A stretch of 64,000 nucleotides of DNA, from positions 1-64,000 of the forward strand of contig CAKKNE010000004.1 of the NCBI GenBank assembly GCA_918797485.1, written 5' to 3'. Below the pieces are notes generated by a model that worked only from the letters and a program-made list of their open reading frames with translations, did not search any database and was not told the origin of the DNA. Positions 63,401 through 64,000 of this stretch are shown in pieces; the stretch's first letter is position 1; each line of letters starts with the position of its first letter. A program made the translations under genes and the position numbers. This DNA is from Pelagomonas calceolata (taxonomy: Eukaryota).

Positions 63401-64000
63401 CTATAGAGCGAGCGCCGTCGCGGCGAACGCGAGGAGGGCCGTCGCGAGCGTGCCGCCCGCCCGCGTCGCCGAGTCCGATCCAAGCGCCGCGGTCGACGGC
63501 TGGGGCGTTGTGGGCTTGGGCGACACCGTTGGCTGGGGCGTCGGCTGAAACGTCCAGGTCGGACGGGGCGTTGGCTGCACCGTAGGAGCAGGAGGCGAGA
63601 ATACGTAGACCGAGCCGCCGCTATCATAGGGAGCCCCGGCCACGATGATGCCGCCGTCGATCGCCACGGAGTGGCCGAACTCGTCGAACGCCGCTGCATC
63701 GGCGGCCGTCAGCTTGGCCACCTGGGGGTACGTGGCGCCGCCGTCGCTCGTGCGGAAGACGTATGCCGAGCCCGAGTCCCGGGGGACGGGGTCGGCCTCG
63801 TAGGCCCCGACCAGAACGGTTTCGCCGTCGATCGCCACGGAGTGGCCGAAGAGGTCTTCCGAAGCGCCATCGGAGGCCGTCAGCTTTATCTCTGTGTGCG
63901 TGCTCCAGCCGTCGGTCGTGCGGTAGACGTAGGCCGCCCCCGGACCTTCACTATAAGTTTGCTCGGCCCCGACCACGACGGTGTCTCCGTCGATCGCCAC
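63401..64000 (-). CDS. FG-GAP repeat surface protein, 3' part (continues beyond window)
   Basis: FGHSVAIDG..V.GA repeats, PT-rich stalk, hydrophobic C-terminus (possible GPI signal). Confidence 0.88.
   Translation of the reverse strand: MAIDGDTVVVGAEQTYSEGPGAAYVYRTTDGWSTHTEIKLTASDGASEDLFGHSVAIDGETVLVGAYEADPVPRDSGSAYVFRTSDGGATYPQVAKLTAADAAAFDEFGHSVAIDGGIIVAGAPYDSGGSVYVFSPPAPTVQPTPRPTWTFQPTPQPTVSPKPTTPQPSTAALGSDSATRAGGTLATALLAFAATALAL

Noticed and set aside
1..64000. Autonomous transposase, integrase, rRNA or tRNA genes
   Set aside because: No DDE, tyrosine recombinase or RT motifs and no recognisable rRNA/tRNA seen by eye; tRNAscan and Rfam were not run

Overview
This is the left end of a chromosome from a GC-rich, gene-dense eukaryote. 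The sequence style, introner elements and bipartite plastid-targeting signals suggest a pelagophyte stramenopile alga (Pelagomonas/Aureococcus-like); this is an inference. It opens with ~300 bp of (CCCTAA)n telomere and a duplicated 120-bp subtelomeric unit carrying twin hairpins. About 45 compact genes follow, including PARG, EB1, CK1, ARFRP1, metacaspase, cyanobacterial-type ArsC, ACL5-like synthase, TL29, Ycf34 and many Golgi glycosyltransferase-like genes. Five kinds of structure stand out. (1) TIR/8-bp-TSD introner transposons act as spliceosomal introns at several stages of decay and share a 58-bp internal module. (2) A ~24-bp element, GCTAGTGTCTTACAGGCCGCTAGC, occurs 11 times, always just upstream of start codons; two direct copies bracket a 1.2-kb insert carrying a broken gene. 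(3) A second intergenic 11-mer, AACCCGTTTTG, occurs 4 times. (4) Two unrelated divergent genes share the same 40-codon tail and 3'UTR as a 150-bp inverted repeat. (5) Several half-genes of expanded families point to subtelomeric shuffling. All family calls are by motif recognition and all splice sites were inferred by hand; no searches were run.
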